Below are positions 12,556 to 26,700 of a stretch of 64,000 nt of DNA, piece by piece; position 1 is the stretch's first letter; each line of letters opens with the position of its first letter. The notes under the pieces are model-generated. The model was not told the origin of the DNA. It ran no database searches and worked only from the letters and a program-made list of their open reading frames with translations. This DNA comes from Balanoglossus misakiensis (Eukaryota; Animalia; Hemichordata). Made by a program: the position numbers and the translations under genes. The stretch is taken from positions 11,439,337 through 11,503,336 of the forward strand of contig CM082586.2 in assembly GCA_040954595.2 (NCBI GenBank), in the 5' to 3' direction.

Positions 12556-15500
12556 TCACGCCGTAGGAAATCTGACTTGATCAACGTGGTCAATGTACGC
12601 CTGTTTCTGCTCTAGAGTGCCGGGGCTTCAGCTGAGCCAGGCCGTAGGAAACCCGACGTGATTACCGTTGTTAACTTACGCCAGTCTGTGTCCTATATAT
12701 AGTGCCGGGGCATCAGCCGTGCCAGGCCGAAGGAAATGTGAATAGATCAACGTAGTCTCTGTACGCGTGTTTCTGCTCTAGAGTGCCAGGGCTTTAGCCA
12801 AGCCATGCCGTAGGAAATCTGACTTGATCAACGTTGCTAACGAACGCTAGTGTCTGTCATGGTGTTCCGGGGTTTTAGTCGAGCCAGGCCGTAGGAAATC
12901 TGACTTGATCATCGTGGTCAATGTACGCGTGTTTCCGCTCTAAAGTGCCGGGGCTTCAGCTAAACCAGGCCGTAGGAAATCTGACTTGATCACCGTTGCT
13001 AACGTACGCTAGTGTCTGTCATATTGTGACGGAGATTTAGCCGAGCCAGGCCGTAGAAAAATCGACTTGTTCAACGTTACCAGTGTGCAACTGTTTCTGC
13101 TCTAGAGTAACTGGGTTTTAGCCGACTTATGCTGTAGGAAATGTGAGTTGATGAACGGGAATTCAATGTTAGAAAACCCGTGTGGAAAGTATCTCTACCC
13201 GTTTGAAACTAAGAAAAGAATTTATTCTTATTTATTTTGTAAAAAAGACAATTTTTCGAAAAAAAGTCGAAAATGGTAATTTTGTCTTGGGTGATTCAAA
13301 TTATACCGCCTTTTCTGGAATTTGCAGCACTTTTTACAAGAGAACGACACTTCATGCTCCATAATATTTCCGAAAATGAAGAAAAGAGTTAATTTTTTAT
13401 TTTTTTAAAAATTTACCATTTTTTCAAAATATGGCCAAAATGGCTATTTTTTCTTCAATTCCGTCAATATCTCTGCATTTTTGGAGAGGTCGAAAGTTTT
13501 AACATACAATCAACATGTCATATATGATCAGGGCACCAAATTCGAAGAACAAAGGTTTTTTATTTTTTTCTAAAAATGACATTTTCAAGAAAAATTTGGT
13601 AAAACGCAATTTTGTCTGCAGTGAGCCAAATTGGCCGTTTTTTTGTGGAATTTGTATCGATATATATATATACGAAGAGCATTCTATACTCCATCAGATT
13701 TCCGAAAATGTAGAAAACAGGTATTTTTTGTAATTTTCAAAAATTTACCATTTTGACCAAATTGTGGCTAAAATTGTTATTTTCGTGTTGAATGCCGCCA
13801 GTGTCACTGCTTTTAAAAGTCATAAAAACTTTTAACATACAAGCAATTGTTTATATATGATCAGGTCACCGAATTAAAAAAATAAAGAATGTTTTCCCTA
13901 AAAATGACCTTTTTGGTGCAAAAACGAATAAAACGCAATTTTGTATTAAATCAGCTCATTCAGAGTGCATTTTTTATAATCAGCACAATTTTTACATATA
14001 ATGGAAATTTCATACATCATCAGATATCCAAATATGAAAAAATTATTTAGATTTTAGATGATTGTCCAAAATTAGCTGATATCTAATAAATGAATAAATG
14101 TAGTATTGAACCGTTCTGTCCCCCCCCTACATTATATGCGGTACGCCGATGTCAGCTTACCCGGCAGTACTGAAGGCCGTGCCCCCAACTAACGTCGGTG
14201 TTTGAAACGCCCTGGTTAAATTCGGGCTCTCTCTATAAATTGACAGGCAATAATGCAGTCCTACCCGAACAAATGTCGAGTGTTGACCCGCTGTGACTTT
14301 CCCTCTTCGGTTTGCCCGACTTAGCCATCGTCTTTGTACTAGAGTGTCGGGTCTTTTGCAGAGCCAGGCCGAAAGAAATCCGACTTGATCACCGTTGCTA
14401 ACGAACGCTAGTATCTGTCATGGTGTGCCGGGGTTTTAGTCGAGCCAGGCCGTAGGAGATCTGACTTGATCATCGTGGTCAATGTACGCGTGTTTCCGCT
14501 CTAAAGTGCCGGGGCTTCAGCTAAACTAGGCCGTAGGAAATCCGACGTAATCACCGTTGATAACTTACGCCAGTCTGTGTCATATAGAGCCGGTGCACCA
14601 GCCGAGTCACGCCGTAGGAAATCTTACTTGATCAACGTGGTCAATGTACGCATGTTTCTGCTCTAGAGTGCCGGGGCTTCAGCTGAGCCATGCCGTAGGA
14701 AACCCGACGTGATTACCGTAGAAAAATCGACTTATTCAACGTTACCAGTGTGCAACTGTTTCTGCTATAGTGTCAGGGTTTTAGCCGACTTATGCTGTAG
14801 GAAATCTGAGTTGATGAACGGGAATTCAATGTTAGAAAACCCGTGTGGAAAGTATCTCTACCCGTTTGAAACTAAGAAAAGAATTTATTCTTATTTATTA
14901 TGTAAAAAAGACAATTTTTCGAAAAAGTCGAAAATGGTAATTTTGTCTTGGGTGATTCAAATTATACCGCCTTTTCTGGAATTTGCAGCACTTTTTACAA
15001 GAGAACGACACTTCGTGCTCCAAAATATTTCCGAAAATGAAGAAAAGAGTTAATTTTTTATGATTTTTTAAAAATTTACCATTTTTGTCAAAATATGGCC
15101 AAAATGACTATTTTTTCTTGAATTCTTCCGTCAATATCTCTGCATTTTTGGAGTGGTCGAAAGTTTTAACATACAATCAATATGTCATATATGATCAGGG
15201 CACCAAATTCGAAGAACAAAGGTTTTTTTATTTTTTTTTCTAAAAATGACATTTTCAAGGAAAATTTGGTAAAACGCAATTTTGTCTGCAGTGAGCCAAA
15301 TTAGACGGTCTTTTGTGGAATTTGTATCGATATATACATACATACGAAGAGCATTCTATACTCCATCAGATTTCCGAAAATGTAGAAAACAGGTATTTTT
15401 TGTAATTTTGAAAATTTTTCCATTTTGACCAAATTGTGGCTAAAATTGTTATTTAGGTGTTGAATGCCGCCAGTGTCACTGCTTTTAAAAGTCATAAAAA

Positions 15501-18500
15501 CTTTTAACATACAAGCAATTGTTTATATATGATCAGGTCACCGAATTAAAAAAATTGAGAATGTTTTGCCTAAAAATGACCTTTTTGGTGCAAAAACGAA
15601 TAAAACGCAATTTTGTATTAAATCAGAGTGCATTTTTTATAATCAGCACCATTTTCACATATATAATGGAAATTTCATACATCATCAGATATCCAAATAT
15701 GAAAAAAATGATTTAGATGATTGTCCAAAATTAGCTGATATCTAATAAATGTAGTATTGAACCGTTCTGTTTCCCCCCCCCCCCCTACATTATATGCGGT
15801 ACGCCGATGTCAGCTTACCCGGCAGTACTGCAGGCCGTGCCCCCAACTAACGTCGGTGTTTGAAACGCCCTGGTTAACTTCGGGCTTTCTCTATAAATTG
15901 ACAGGCAATAATGCAGTCCTACCCGAACAAATGTCGAGTGTTGACCCGCTGTGACTTTCCCTCTTCGGTTTGCCCGACGTAGATAACGTCTTTGTACTAG
16001 AGTGTCGGAACTTTTGCAGAGCCAGGCCGAAGGAAATCCGACTTGATCACCGTTGCTAACGAACGCTAGTGTCTGTCATGGTGTGTTGGGGTTTTAGTCG
16101 AGCCAGGCCGTAGGAGATCTGACTTGATCATCGTGGTCAATGTACGCGTGTTTCCGCTCTAAAGTGCCGGGGCTTCAGCTAAACCAGGCCGTAGGAAATC
16201 CGACGTAATCACCGTTGATAACTTACGCCAGTCTGTGTCATATAGAGCCGGTGCACCAGCCGAGTCACGCCGTAGGAAATCTGACTTGATCAACGTGGTC
16301 AATGTACGCCTGTTTCTGCTCTAGAGTGCCGGGGCTTCAGCTGAGCCAGGCCGTAGGAAACCCGACGTGATTACCGTTGTTAACTTACGCCAGTCTGTGT
16401 CCTATATATAGTGCCGGGGCATCAACCGTGCCAGGCCGAAGGAAATGTGAGTAGATCAACGTGGTCTCTGTACGCGTGTTTCTGCTCTAGAGTGCCAGGG
16501 CTTTAGCCAAGCCATGCCGTAGGAAATTTGACTTGATCAACGTTGCTAACGAACGCTAGTGTTTGCCATAGTGTGCCGGGGTTTTAGTCGAGCCAAGCCG
16601 TAGGAGATCAGACTTGATCAACGTGGTCTCTGTACGCGTGTTTCTGCTCTAGAGTGCCGGGGCTTTATCCAAGCCATGCCGTAGAAAATCTGACTTGATC
16701 ACCAATGCTAACGTACGCTAGTGTCTGTCATATTGTGACGGAGATTTAGCCGAGCCAGGCCGTAGAAAAATCGACTTGTTCAACGTTACCAGTGTGCAAC
16801 TGTTTCTGCTCTAGAGCGTCAGGGTTTTAGCCAACTTATGCTGTAGGAAATCTGAGTTGATGAACGGGAATTCAATGTTAGAAAACCCGTGTGGAAAGTA
16901 TCTCTACCCGTTTGAAACTAAGAAAAGAATTTATTCTTATTTATTTTGTAAAAAAGACAATTTTTCGAAAAAAAGTCGAAAATGGTAATTTTGTCTTGGG
17001 TGATTCAAATTATACCGCCTTTTCTGGAATTTTCAGCACTTTTTACAAGAGAACGACACTTCATGCTCCATAATATTTCCGAAAATGAAGAAAAGAGTTA
17101 ATTTTTTATGATTTTTTAAAAATTTACCATTTTTGACAAAATATGGCCAAAATGGCTATTTTTTCTTGAATTCCGTCAATATCTCTGCATTTTTGGAGTG
17201 GTCGAAAGTTTTAACATACAATTAACATATCATATATGATCAGGGCACCAAATTCGAAGAACAAAGGTTTTTTTATTATTTTTTCTAAAAATCACATTTT
17301 CAAGCAAAATTTGATGACATGCAATTTTGTCTGCAGTGAGCCAAATTAGACTGTCTTTTGTGGAATTTGTATCGATATATTCATACGAAGAGCATTCTAT
17401 ACCCCATCAGATTTCCGAAAATGTAGAAAACAGGTATTTTTTGTAATTTTCAAAAATTTACCATTTTGACCAAATTGTGGCTAAAGTTGTTATTTTCGTG
17501 TTGAATGCCGCCAGTGTCACTGCTTTTAAAAGTCATAAAAACTTTTAACATACAAGCAATTGTTTATATATGATCAGGTCACCGAATTAAAAAAATAAAG
17601 AATGTTTTCCCTAAAAATGACCTTTTTGGTGCAAAAACGAATAAAACGCAATTTTGTATTAAATCAGCTCATTCAGAGTGCATTTTTTATAATCAGCACC
17701 ATTTTTACATATAATGGAAATTTCATACATCATCAGATATCCAAATATGAAAAAATTATTTAGATTTTAGATGATTGTCCAAAATTAGCTGATATCTAAT
17801 AAATGTAGTATTGAACCGTTCTGTTTCCCCCCCCCCCCCCTACATTATATGCGGTACGCCGATGTCAGCTTACCCGGCAGTACTGCAGGCCGTGCCCCCA
17901 ACTAACGTCGGTGATTGAAACGCCCTGGTTAAATTCGGGCTTTCTCTATAAATTGACAGGCAATAATGCAGTCCTACCCGAACAAATGTCGAGTGTTGAC
18001 CCGCTGTGACTTTCCCTCTTCGGTTTGCCAGACTTAGCCAACGCCTTTGTACTAGAGTGTCGGGTCTTTTGCAGAGCCAGGCCGAAGGAAATCCGACTTG
18101 ATCACCGTTGCTAACGAACGCTAGTGTCTGTCATAGTGTGCCGGGGTTTTAGTCGAGCCAGGCCGTAGGAGATCTGACTTGATCATCGTGGGCAATGTAC
18201 GCGTGTTTCCGCTCTAAAGTGCCGGGGCTTCAGCTAAACCAGGCCGTAGGAAATCCGACGTAATCACCGTTGATAACTTACGCCAGTCTGTGTCATATAG
18301 AGCCGGTGCACCAGCCGAGTCACGCCGTAGGAAATCTGACTTGATCAACGTGGTCAATGTACGCCTGTTTCTGCTCTAGAGTGCCGGGGCTTCAGCTGAG
18401 CCAGGCCGTAGGAAACCCGACGTGATTACCGTTGTTAACTTACGCCAGTCTGTGTCCTATATATAGTGCCGGGGCATCAGCCGTGCCAGGCCGAAGGAAA

Positions 18501-19360
18501 TGTGAGTAGATCAACGTGGTCTCTGTACGCGTGTTTCTGCTCTAGAGTGCCAGGGCTTTAGCCAAGCCATGCCGTAGGAAATCTGACTTGATCAACGTTG
18601 CTAACGAACGCTAGTGTCTGTCATAGTGTGCCTGGGTTTTAGTCGAGCCAAGCCGTAGGAAATCAGATTTGATCAACGTGGTCTCTGTACGCGTGTTTCT
18701 GCTCTAGAGTGCCGGGGCTTTATCTAAGCCATGCCGTAGAAAATCTGACTTGATCACCGTTGCTAACGTACGCTAGTGTCTGTCATATTGTGACGGAGAT
18801 TTAGCTGATCCAGGCCGTAGGAAACCCGACGTGATTACCGTTGTTAACTTACGCCAGTCTGTGTCCTATATATAGTGCCGGGGCATCAGCCGTGCCAGGC
18901 CGAAGGAAATGTGAGTAGATCAATGTGGTCTCTGTACGCGTGTTTGTGCTCTAGAGTGCCAGGGCTTTAGCCAAGCCATGCCGCGGGAAATCTGACTTGA
19001 TCAACGTTGCTAACGAACGCTAGTGTCTGTCATAGTGTGCCAGGGTTTTAGTCGAGCCAAGCCGTAGGAGATCTGACTTGATCTTCGTGGTCAATGTACG
19101 CGTGTTTCCGCTCTAAAGTGCCGGGGCTTCAGCTAAACCAGGCCGTAGGAAATCCGACGTAATCACCGTTGATAACTTACGCCAGTCTGTGTCATATAGA
19201 GCCGGTGCACTAGCCGAGTCACGCCGTAGGAAATCTGACTTGATCAACGTGGTCTCTGTACGCCTGTTTCTGCTCTAGAGTGCCGGGGCTTTATCCAAGC
19301 CAGGCCGTAGAAAATCTGACTTGATCACCGTTGCTAACGTACGCTAGTGTCTGTCATACT
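12556..19360. repeat. Composite macrosatellite, segment 2
   Basis: Landmark at 13182, 14845 and 16891. Expanded 81-bp monomer block from ~18050 to 19360. Confidence 0.97.
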
Positions 19361-20796
19361 AGTCCTGTTTCAAAATGACCTACATTACACGTCCTATGCA
19401 CATGTATTGCATGTTCTGATTGGTTTATCCGCTTCTCTAAGGTCCACTTGTGGCACGCTGATTGGAGGGACCTTATGTGTTAGGTCTTATTACTATGTAT
19501 TATTCACTTTACAGCTCCCTGATTGGTTATTGTGTAGGTCTGGTCCTCCAGTGTTCACTGCCTCATTATGCAGGACCTTGTAGGTTAGGTCTTATTAATA
19601 TGTATTTATTCACCATACAGCTCCCTGATTGGTTAACGTGTCAGTCTGGTCCCCCCAGTGTTCACTGCCTCATTGTGAAATGTCCCATGTGCTTCCTGGC
19701 TAGCGTTGTGGTAACACATTATTCGGTTTGTCCGCAGATCGTTCATTGATTTTCTGAGAAATAGCCTGACTGATACTATCTCCAACATAAACCGCACCCT
19801 GGAAAGATTAAATGATCATTTAGATGGACTTTGAAAATCTGATTTACTCATCTAAGCATTTTTGCTAACAGTTGTATATTTTTTTAATCACCCTCCTACT
19901 TCTCATCATCAATTTTATTATTGTTGTTATTACTATTTTAAAGTAAATTTGTTTTGACGAAGATGTTGTGATAAGGACCACGTTGTCCGTTTATACATTC
20001 CTATATTGTTTTCATAAAAATGGAACTATGACGGTGCAGCTTCGTGAAAGAAGTACAATAAAAGTTATCATACCTGCAAAGCAACTAATGAGGTATCCCA
20101 AAGAAATGCAATGCTATTCTAAACAATTTTTGGTTTGCTCGAATGAATAGCACACACTTCGTATTCAGCCAGGTGTTCCACAAAGTGATGCGCTGAAAGA
20201 CATTACGTAACAAAACACTAGCCCATTTCAACAAACCGCCCCTGGAAATAAAATACTAAATTTCTCCTGGCAATTTTTATTTCGAGTATCTAGTTCACAG
20301 TATCACATAAAATGCCATGAATAGTGAAGGAAAAGGTGAAATCCAATCAGTATATGAGTGCCTTTCTTTATACATTGGGATCGAGCTTCGACCACGCGCA
20401 GGCAGCATGCCAGACAGAATACAACAACTGTATTCAGAAAGTACAAAAGACTTTGCATAACGAGGCAGTGAAATCTGGAGACCTACACATTAACCAATCA
20501 GGGAGCTGAAAATTGAATAAATACATATTAATAAGACCTAACTTACAAGGTCCTGCATAATGAGGCAGTGAACACTGGAGGACCAGACCTACACATTAAC
20601 CAATCAGGGAGCTGTATAGCGAATAATACATAGTAATAAGACCTAACCTACAAGGTCTAGTGAATAATACAAAATAATAAGACCTAACACATAAGGTCCC
20701 TCCAATCAGCGTGCCGCAAGTGGACCTAAGATTACCAGATGGACCAATCACAGATGTCGGTACATATGTCATGGACCTGACTTATGAAACAGGACT
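19361..20796. mobile_element. Non-autonomous DNA transposon (MITE/foldback type), 1436 bp
   Basis: Terminal IR agtcctgtttca...tgaaacaggact. ACT is duplicated at 19358-19360 and 20797-20799. Imperfect subterminal inverted arms at ~19440-19670 and ~20460-20730. No coding capacity. Confidence 0.9.
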
Positions 20797-23700
20797 ACTG
20801 TGACGGAGATTTAGCCGAGCCAGGCCGTAGAAAAATCGACTTGTTCAACGTTACCATTTGTGCAACTGTTTCTGCTCTAGAGTGTCAGGGTTTTAGCTGA
20901 CTTATGCTGTAGGAAATCTGAGTTGATGAACGGAAATTCATTGTCAGAAAACCCGTGTGGAAAGTATCTCTACCCGTTTGAAACTAAGAAAAGAATTTAT
21001 TCTTATTTATTTTGTAAAAAAGACGATATTTCGAAAAAAAGTCGAAAATGGTAGTTTTGTCTTGGGTGATTCAAATTATACCGCCTTTTCTGGAATTTGC
21101 AGCACTTTTTACAAGAGAACGACACTTCATGCTCCATAATATTTCCGAAAATGAAGAAAAGAGTTAATTTTTTATGATTTTTTAAAAAAATTACCATTTT
21201 TGTCAAAATATGGCCAAAATGGCTATTTTATCTTGAATTCCGTCAATATCTCTGCATGTTTGGAGTGGTCGAAAGTTTTAACATACAATCAACATGTCAT
21301 ATATGATCAGGGCACCAAATTCGAAGAACAAAGGTTTTATTCATTTTTTTTTTCTAAAAATGACATTTTCAAGGAAAATTTGGTAAAACGCAATTTTGTC
21401 TGCAGTGAGCCAAATTAGACGGTCTTTTGTGGAATTTGTATCGATATATACATACGAAGAGCATTCTATACTCCATCAGATTTCCGAAAATGTAGAAAAC
21501 ATGTATTTTTTGTAATTTTCAAAAATTTACCATTTTGACCAAATTGTGGCTAAAATTGTTATTTCCGTGTTGAATGCCGCCAGTGTCACTGCTTATAAAA
21601 GTCATAAAAACTTTTAACATACAAGCAATTGTTTATATATGATCAGGTCACCGAATTAAAAAAATAAAGAATGTTTTGCCTAAAAATGACCTTTTTGGTG
21701 CAAAAACGAATAAAACGCAATTTTGTATTAAATCAGCTCATTCAGAGTGCATTTTTTAGAATCAGCACCATTTTTACATCATCAGATATCAAAATATGAA
21801 AAAATGATTTAGATTTTAGATGATTGTCCAAAATTAGCTAATATCTAATAAATGTAGTATTGAACCGTTCTGTTCCCCCCCCCCCCTACATTATATGCGG
21901 TACGCTGATGTCAGCTTACCCGGCAGTACTGCAGGCCGTGCCCCCAACTAACGTCGGTGTTTGAAACGCCCTGGTTAAATTCGGGCTTTCTCTATAAATT
22001 GACAGGCAATAATACAGTCCTACCCGAACAAATGTCGAGTGTTGACCCGCTGTGACTTTCCCTCTTCGGTTTGCCCGACTTAGCCAACGTCTTTGTACTA
22101 GAGTGTCGGTTCTTTTGCAGAGCCAGGCCGAAGGAAATCCGACTTGATCACCGTTGCTAACGAACGCTAGTGTCTGTCATGGTGTGCCGTGGTTTTAGTC
22201 GAGCCAGGCCGTAGGAGATCTGACTTGATCATCGTGGTCAATGTACGCGTGTTTCCGCTCTAAAGCGCCGGTGCTTCAGCTAAACCAGGCCGTAGGAAAT
22301 CTGACGTAATCACCGCTGATAACTTACGCCAGTCTGTGTCATATAGAGCCGGTGCACCAGCCGAGTCACGCCGTAGGAAATCTGACTTGATCAACGTGGT
22401 CAATGTACGCCTGTTTCTGCTCTAGAGTGCCGGGGCTTCAGCTGAGCCAGGCCGTAGGAAACCCGACGTGATTACCGTTGTTAACTTACGCCAGTCTGTG
22501 TCCTATATATAGTGCCGGGGCATCAGCCGTGCCAGGCCGAAGGAAATGTGAGTAGATCAACGTGGTCTCTGTCCGCGTGTTTCTGCTCTAGAGTGCCGGG
22601 GCTTTATCCAAGCCATGCCGTAGAAAATCTGACTTGATCACCGTTGCTAACGTACGCTAGTGTCTGTCATATTGTGACGGAGATTTAGCCGAGCCAGGCC
22701 GCAGGAAAATCGACTTGTTCAACGTTACCAGTGTGCAACTGTTTCTGCTCTAGAGTGTCAGGGTTTTAGCCGACTTATGCTGTAGGAAATCTGAGTTGAT
22801 TAACGAGAATTCATTGCTAGAAAACCCGTGTGGAAAGTATCTCTACCCGTTTGAAACTAAGGAAAGCATTTATTCTTATTTATTTTGTAAAAAAGACAAT
22901 ATTTCGAAAAAAAGTCGAAAATGGTAATTTTGTTTTGGGTGATTCAAATTATACCGCCTTTTCTGGAATTTGCAGCACTTTTTACAAGAGAACGACACTT
23001 CATGCTCCATAATATTTCCGAAAATGAAGAAAAGAGTTATTTTTTTATGATTTTTTAAAAATTTACCATTTTTCTCAAAATATGGCCAAAATGGCTATTT
23101 TTTCTTGAATTCCGTCAATATCTCTGCATTTTTGGAGTGGTCGAAAGTTTTAACATACAATCAACATGTCATATATGATCAGGGCACCAAATTCGAAGAA
23201 CAAAGGTTTTTTTATTTTTTTTCTAAAAATGACATTTTCAAGGAAAATTTGGTAAAACGCAATTTTGTCTGCAGTGAGCCAAATTAGACGGTCTTTTGTG
23301 GAATTTGTATCGATATATACATACGACGAGCATTCTATACTCCATCAGATTTCCGAAAATGTAGAAAACAGGTATTTTTTGTAATTTTCAAAAATTTACC
23401 ATTTTGACCAATTTGTGGCTAAATTTTTTATTTTCGTGTTGAATGCCGCTAGTGTCACTGCATTTAAAAGTCATAAAAACTTTTAACATACAAGCAATTC
23501 TTTATATATGATCAGGTCACCGAATTACAAAAATAAAGAATGTTTTGCCTAAAAATGACCTTTTAGGTGCAAAAACGAATAAAACGTAATTTTGTATTAA
23601 ATCAGCTCATTCAGAGTGCATTTTTTATAATCAGCACCATTTTTATATATAATGGAAATTTCATACATCATCAGATATCCAAATATGAAAAAATGAATAA

Positions 23701-26700
23701 GATATATTTAAGATGATTGTCCAAAATTAGCTGATATCTAATAAATGTAGTATTGAACCGTTCTGTTTCCCCCCCCCCCCCCTACATTATATGCGGTACG
23801 CCGATGTCAGCTTACCCGGCAGTACTGCAGGCCGTGCCCCCAACTAACGTCGGTGTTTGAAACGCCCTGGTTAAATTCGGGCTTTCTCTATAAATTGACA
23901 GGCAATAATGCAGTCCTACCCGAACAAATGTCGAGTGTTGACCCGCTGTGACTTTCCCTCTTCGGTTTGCCCGACTTAGCCAACGTCTTTGTACTAGAGT
24001 GTCGGGTCTTTTGCAGAGCCAGGCCGAAGGAAATCCGACTTGATCACCGTTGCTAACGAACGCTAGTGTCTGTCATGGTGTGCCGGGGTTTTAGTCGAGC
24101 CAGGCCGTAGGAGATCTGACTTGATCATCGTGGTCAATGTACGCGTGTTTAAGCTCTAAAGTGCCGGGGCTTCATCTAAACCAGGCCGTAGGAAATCCGA
24201 CGTAATCACCGTTGATAACTTAGGCCAGTCTGTGTCATATATAGCCGGTGCACCAGCCGAGTCACGCCGTAGGAAATCTGACTTGATCAACGTGGTCAAT
24301 GTACGCGTGTTTCTGCTCTAGAGTGTCAGGGCTTTAGCAAAGCCATGCCGTAGGAAATCTGACTTGATCAACGTTGCTAACGAACGCTAGTGTCTGTCAT
24401 AGTGTGCCGGGGTTTTAGTCGAGCCAAGCCGTAGGAGATCAGACTTGATCAACGTGGTCTCTGTACGCGTGTTTCTACTCTAGAGTGCCGGGGCCTTATC
24501 CAAGCCATGCTGTAGAAAATCTGACTTGATCACCGTTGCTAACGTACGCTAGTGTCTGTCATATTGTGACGGAGATTTAGCCGAGCCAGGCCGTAAAAAA
24601 ATCGACTTGTTCAACGTTATCAGTGTGCAACTGTTTCTGCTCTAGAGTGTCAGGGTTTTAGCCGATTTATGCTGTAGGAAATCAGAGTTGATGAACGGGA
24701 ATTCAATGTTAGAAAACCCGTGTGGAAAGTATCTCTACCCGTTTGAAACTAAGAAAAGAATTTATTCTTATTTATTTTGTAAAAAAGACAATTTTTCGAA
24801 AAATAAGGCGAAAATGGTAATTTTGTCTTGGGTGATTCAAATTATACCACCTTTTCTGGAATATGCAGCACTTTTTACAAGAGAACGACACTTCATGCTC
24901 CATAATATTTCCGAAAATGAAGAAAAGAGTAAATTTTTTATGATTTTTTAAAAATTTACCATTTTTGTCAAAATATGGCCAAAATGGCTATTTTATCTTG
25001 AATTCCGTCAATATCTCTGCATTTTTGGAGTGGTCGAAAGTTTTAACATACAATCAACATGTCATATTTGATCGGGGCACCAAATTCGAAGAACAAAGGT
25101 TTTTTTATTTTTTTTCTAAAAATGATATTTTCAAGGAATATTTGGTAAAACGCAATTTTGTCTGCAGTGAGCCAAATAAGACGGTCTTTTGTGGAATTTG
25201 TATCGATATATACATACGAAGAGCATTCTATACTCCATCAGATTTCCGAAAATGTAGAAAACAGGTATTTTTTGTAATTTTGAAAAATTTTCCATTTTGA
25301 CCAAATTGTGGCTAAAATTGTTATTTTCGTGTTGAATGCCGCCAATGTCACTGCTTTTAAAAGTCATAAAAACTTTTAACATACAAGCAATTCTTTATAT
25401 ATGATCAGGTCACCTAATTAAAAGAAGAGAGAATGTTTTGCCTAAAAATGACCTTTTTGGTGCAAAAACGAATAAAACGCAATTTTGTATTAAATCAGAG
25501 TGCATTTTTTATAATCAGCACCATTTTCACATATATAATGGAAATTTCATACATCATCAGATATCCAAATATGAAAAAAATGATTTAGATGATTGTCCAA
25601 AATTAGCTGATATCTAATAAATGTAGTATTGAACCGTTCTGTTTCCCCCCCCGAATTAAAAAAATAAAGAATGTTTTGCCTAAAAATGACCTTTTAGGTG
25701 CAAAAACGAATAAAACGTAATTTTGTATTAAATCAGCTCATTCAGAGTGCATTTTTTATAATCAGCACCATTTTTACATATAATGGAAATTTCATACATC
25801 ATCAGATATCCAAATATGAAAAAATGATTTAGATTTTAGATGATTGTCCAAAATTAGCTGATATCTAATAAATGTAGTATTGAACCGTTATGTCCCCCCC
25901 CCTACATTATATGCGGTACGCCGATGTCAGCTTACGCGGCAGTACTGCAGGCTGTGCCCCCAACTAACGTCGGTGTTTGAAACGCCCTGGTTAAATTCGG
26001 GCTTTCTCTATAAATTGACAGGCAATAATGTAGTCCTACCCGAACAAATGTCGAGTGTTGACCCGCTGTGACTTTCCCTCTTCGTTTGGCCCGACTTAGC
26101 CAACGTCTTTGTACTAGAGTGTCGGGTCTTTTGCCGAGCCAGGCCGAAGGAAATCCGACTTGATCACCTTTGCTAACGAACGCTAGTGTCTGTCATGGTG
26201 TGCCGGGGTTTTAGTCGAGCCAGGCCGTAGGAAATCTGACTTGATCAACGTGGTCAATGTACGCCTGTTTCTGCTCTAGAGTGCCGGGGCTTCAGCTGAG
26301 CCAGGCCGTAGGAAACCCGACGTGATTACCGTTGTTAACTTACGCCAGTCTGTGTCCTATATATAGTGCCGGGGCATCAGCTGTGCCAGGCGTAAGGAAA
26401 TGTGAGTAGATCAACGTGGTCTCTGTACGCGTGTTTCTGCTCTAGAGTGCCGGGGCTTTATCCAAGCCATGCTGTAGAAAATCTGACTTGATCACCGTTG
26501 CTAACGTACGCTAGTGTCTGTCATATTGTGACGGAGATTTAGCCGAGCCAGGCCGTAAAAAAATCGACTTGTTCAACGTTATCAGTGTGCAACTGTTTCT
26601 GCTCTAGAGTGTCAGGGTTGTAGCCGATTTATGCTGTAGGAAATCAGAGTTGATGAACGGGAATTCAATGTTAGAAAACCCGTGTGGAAAGTATCTCTAC

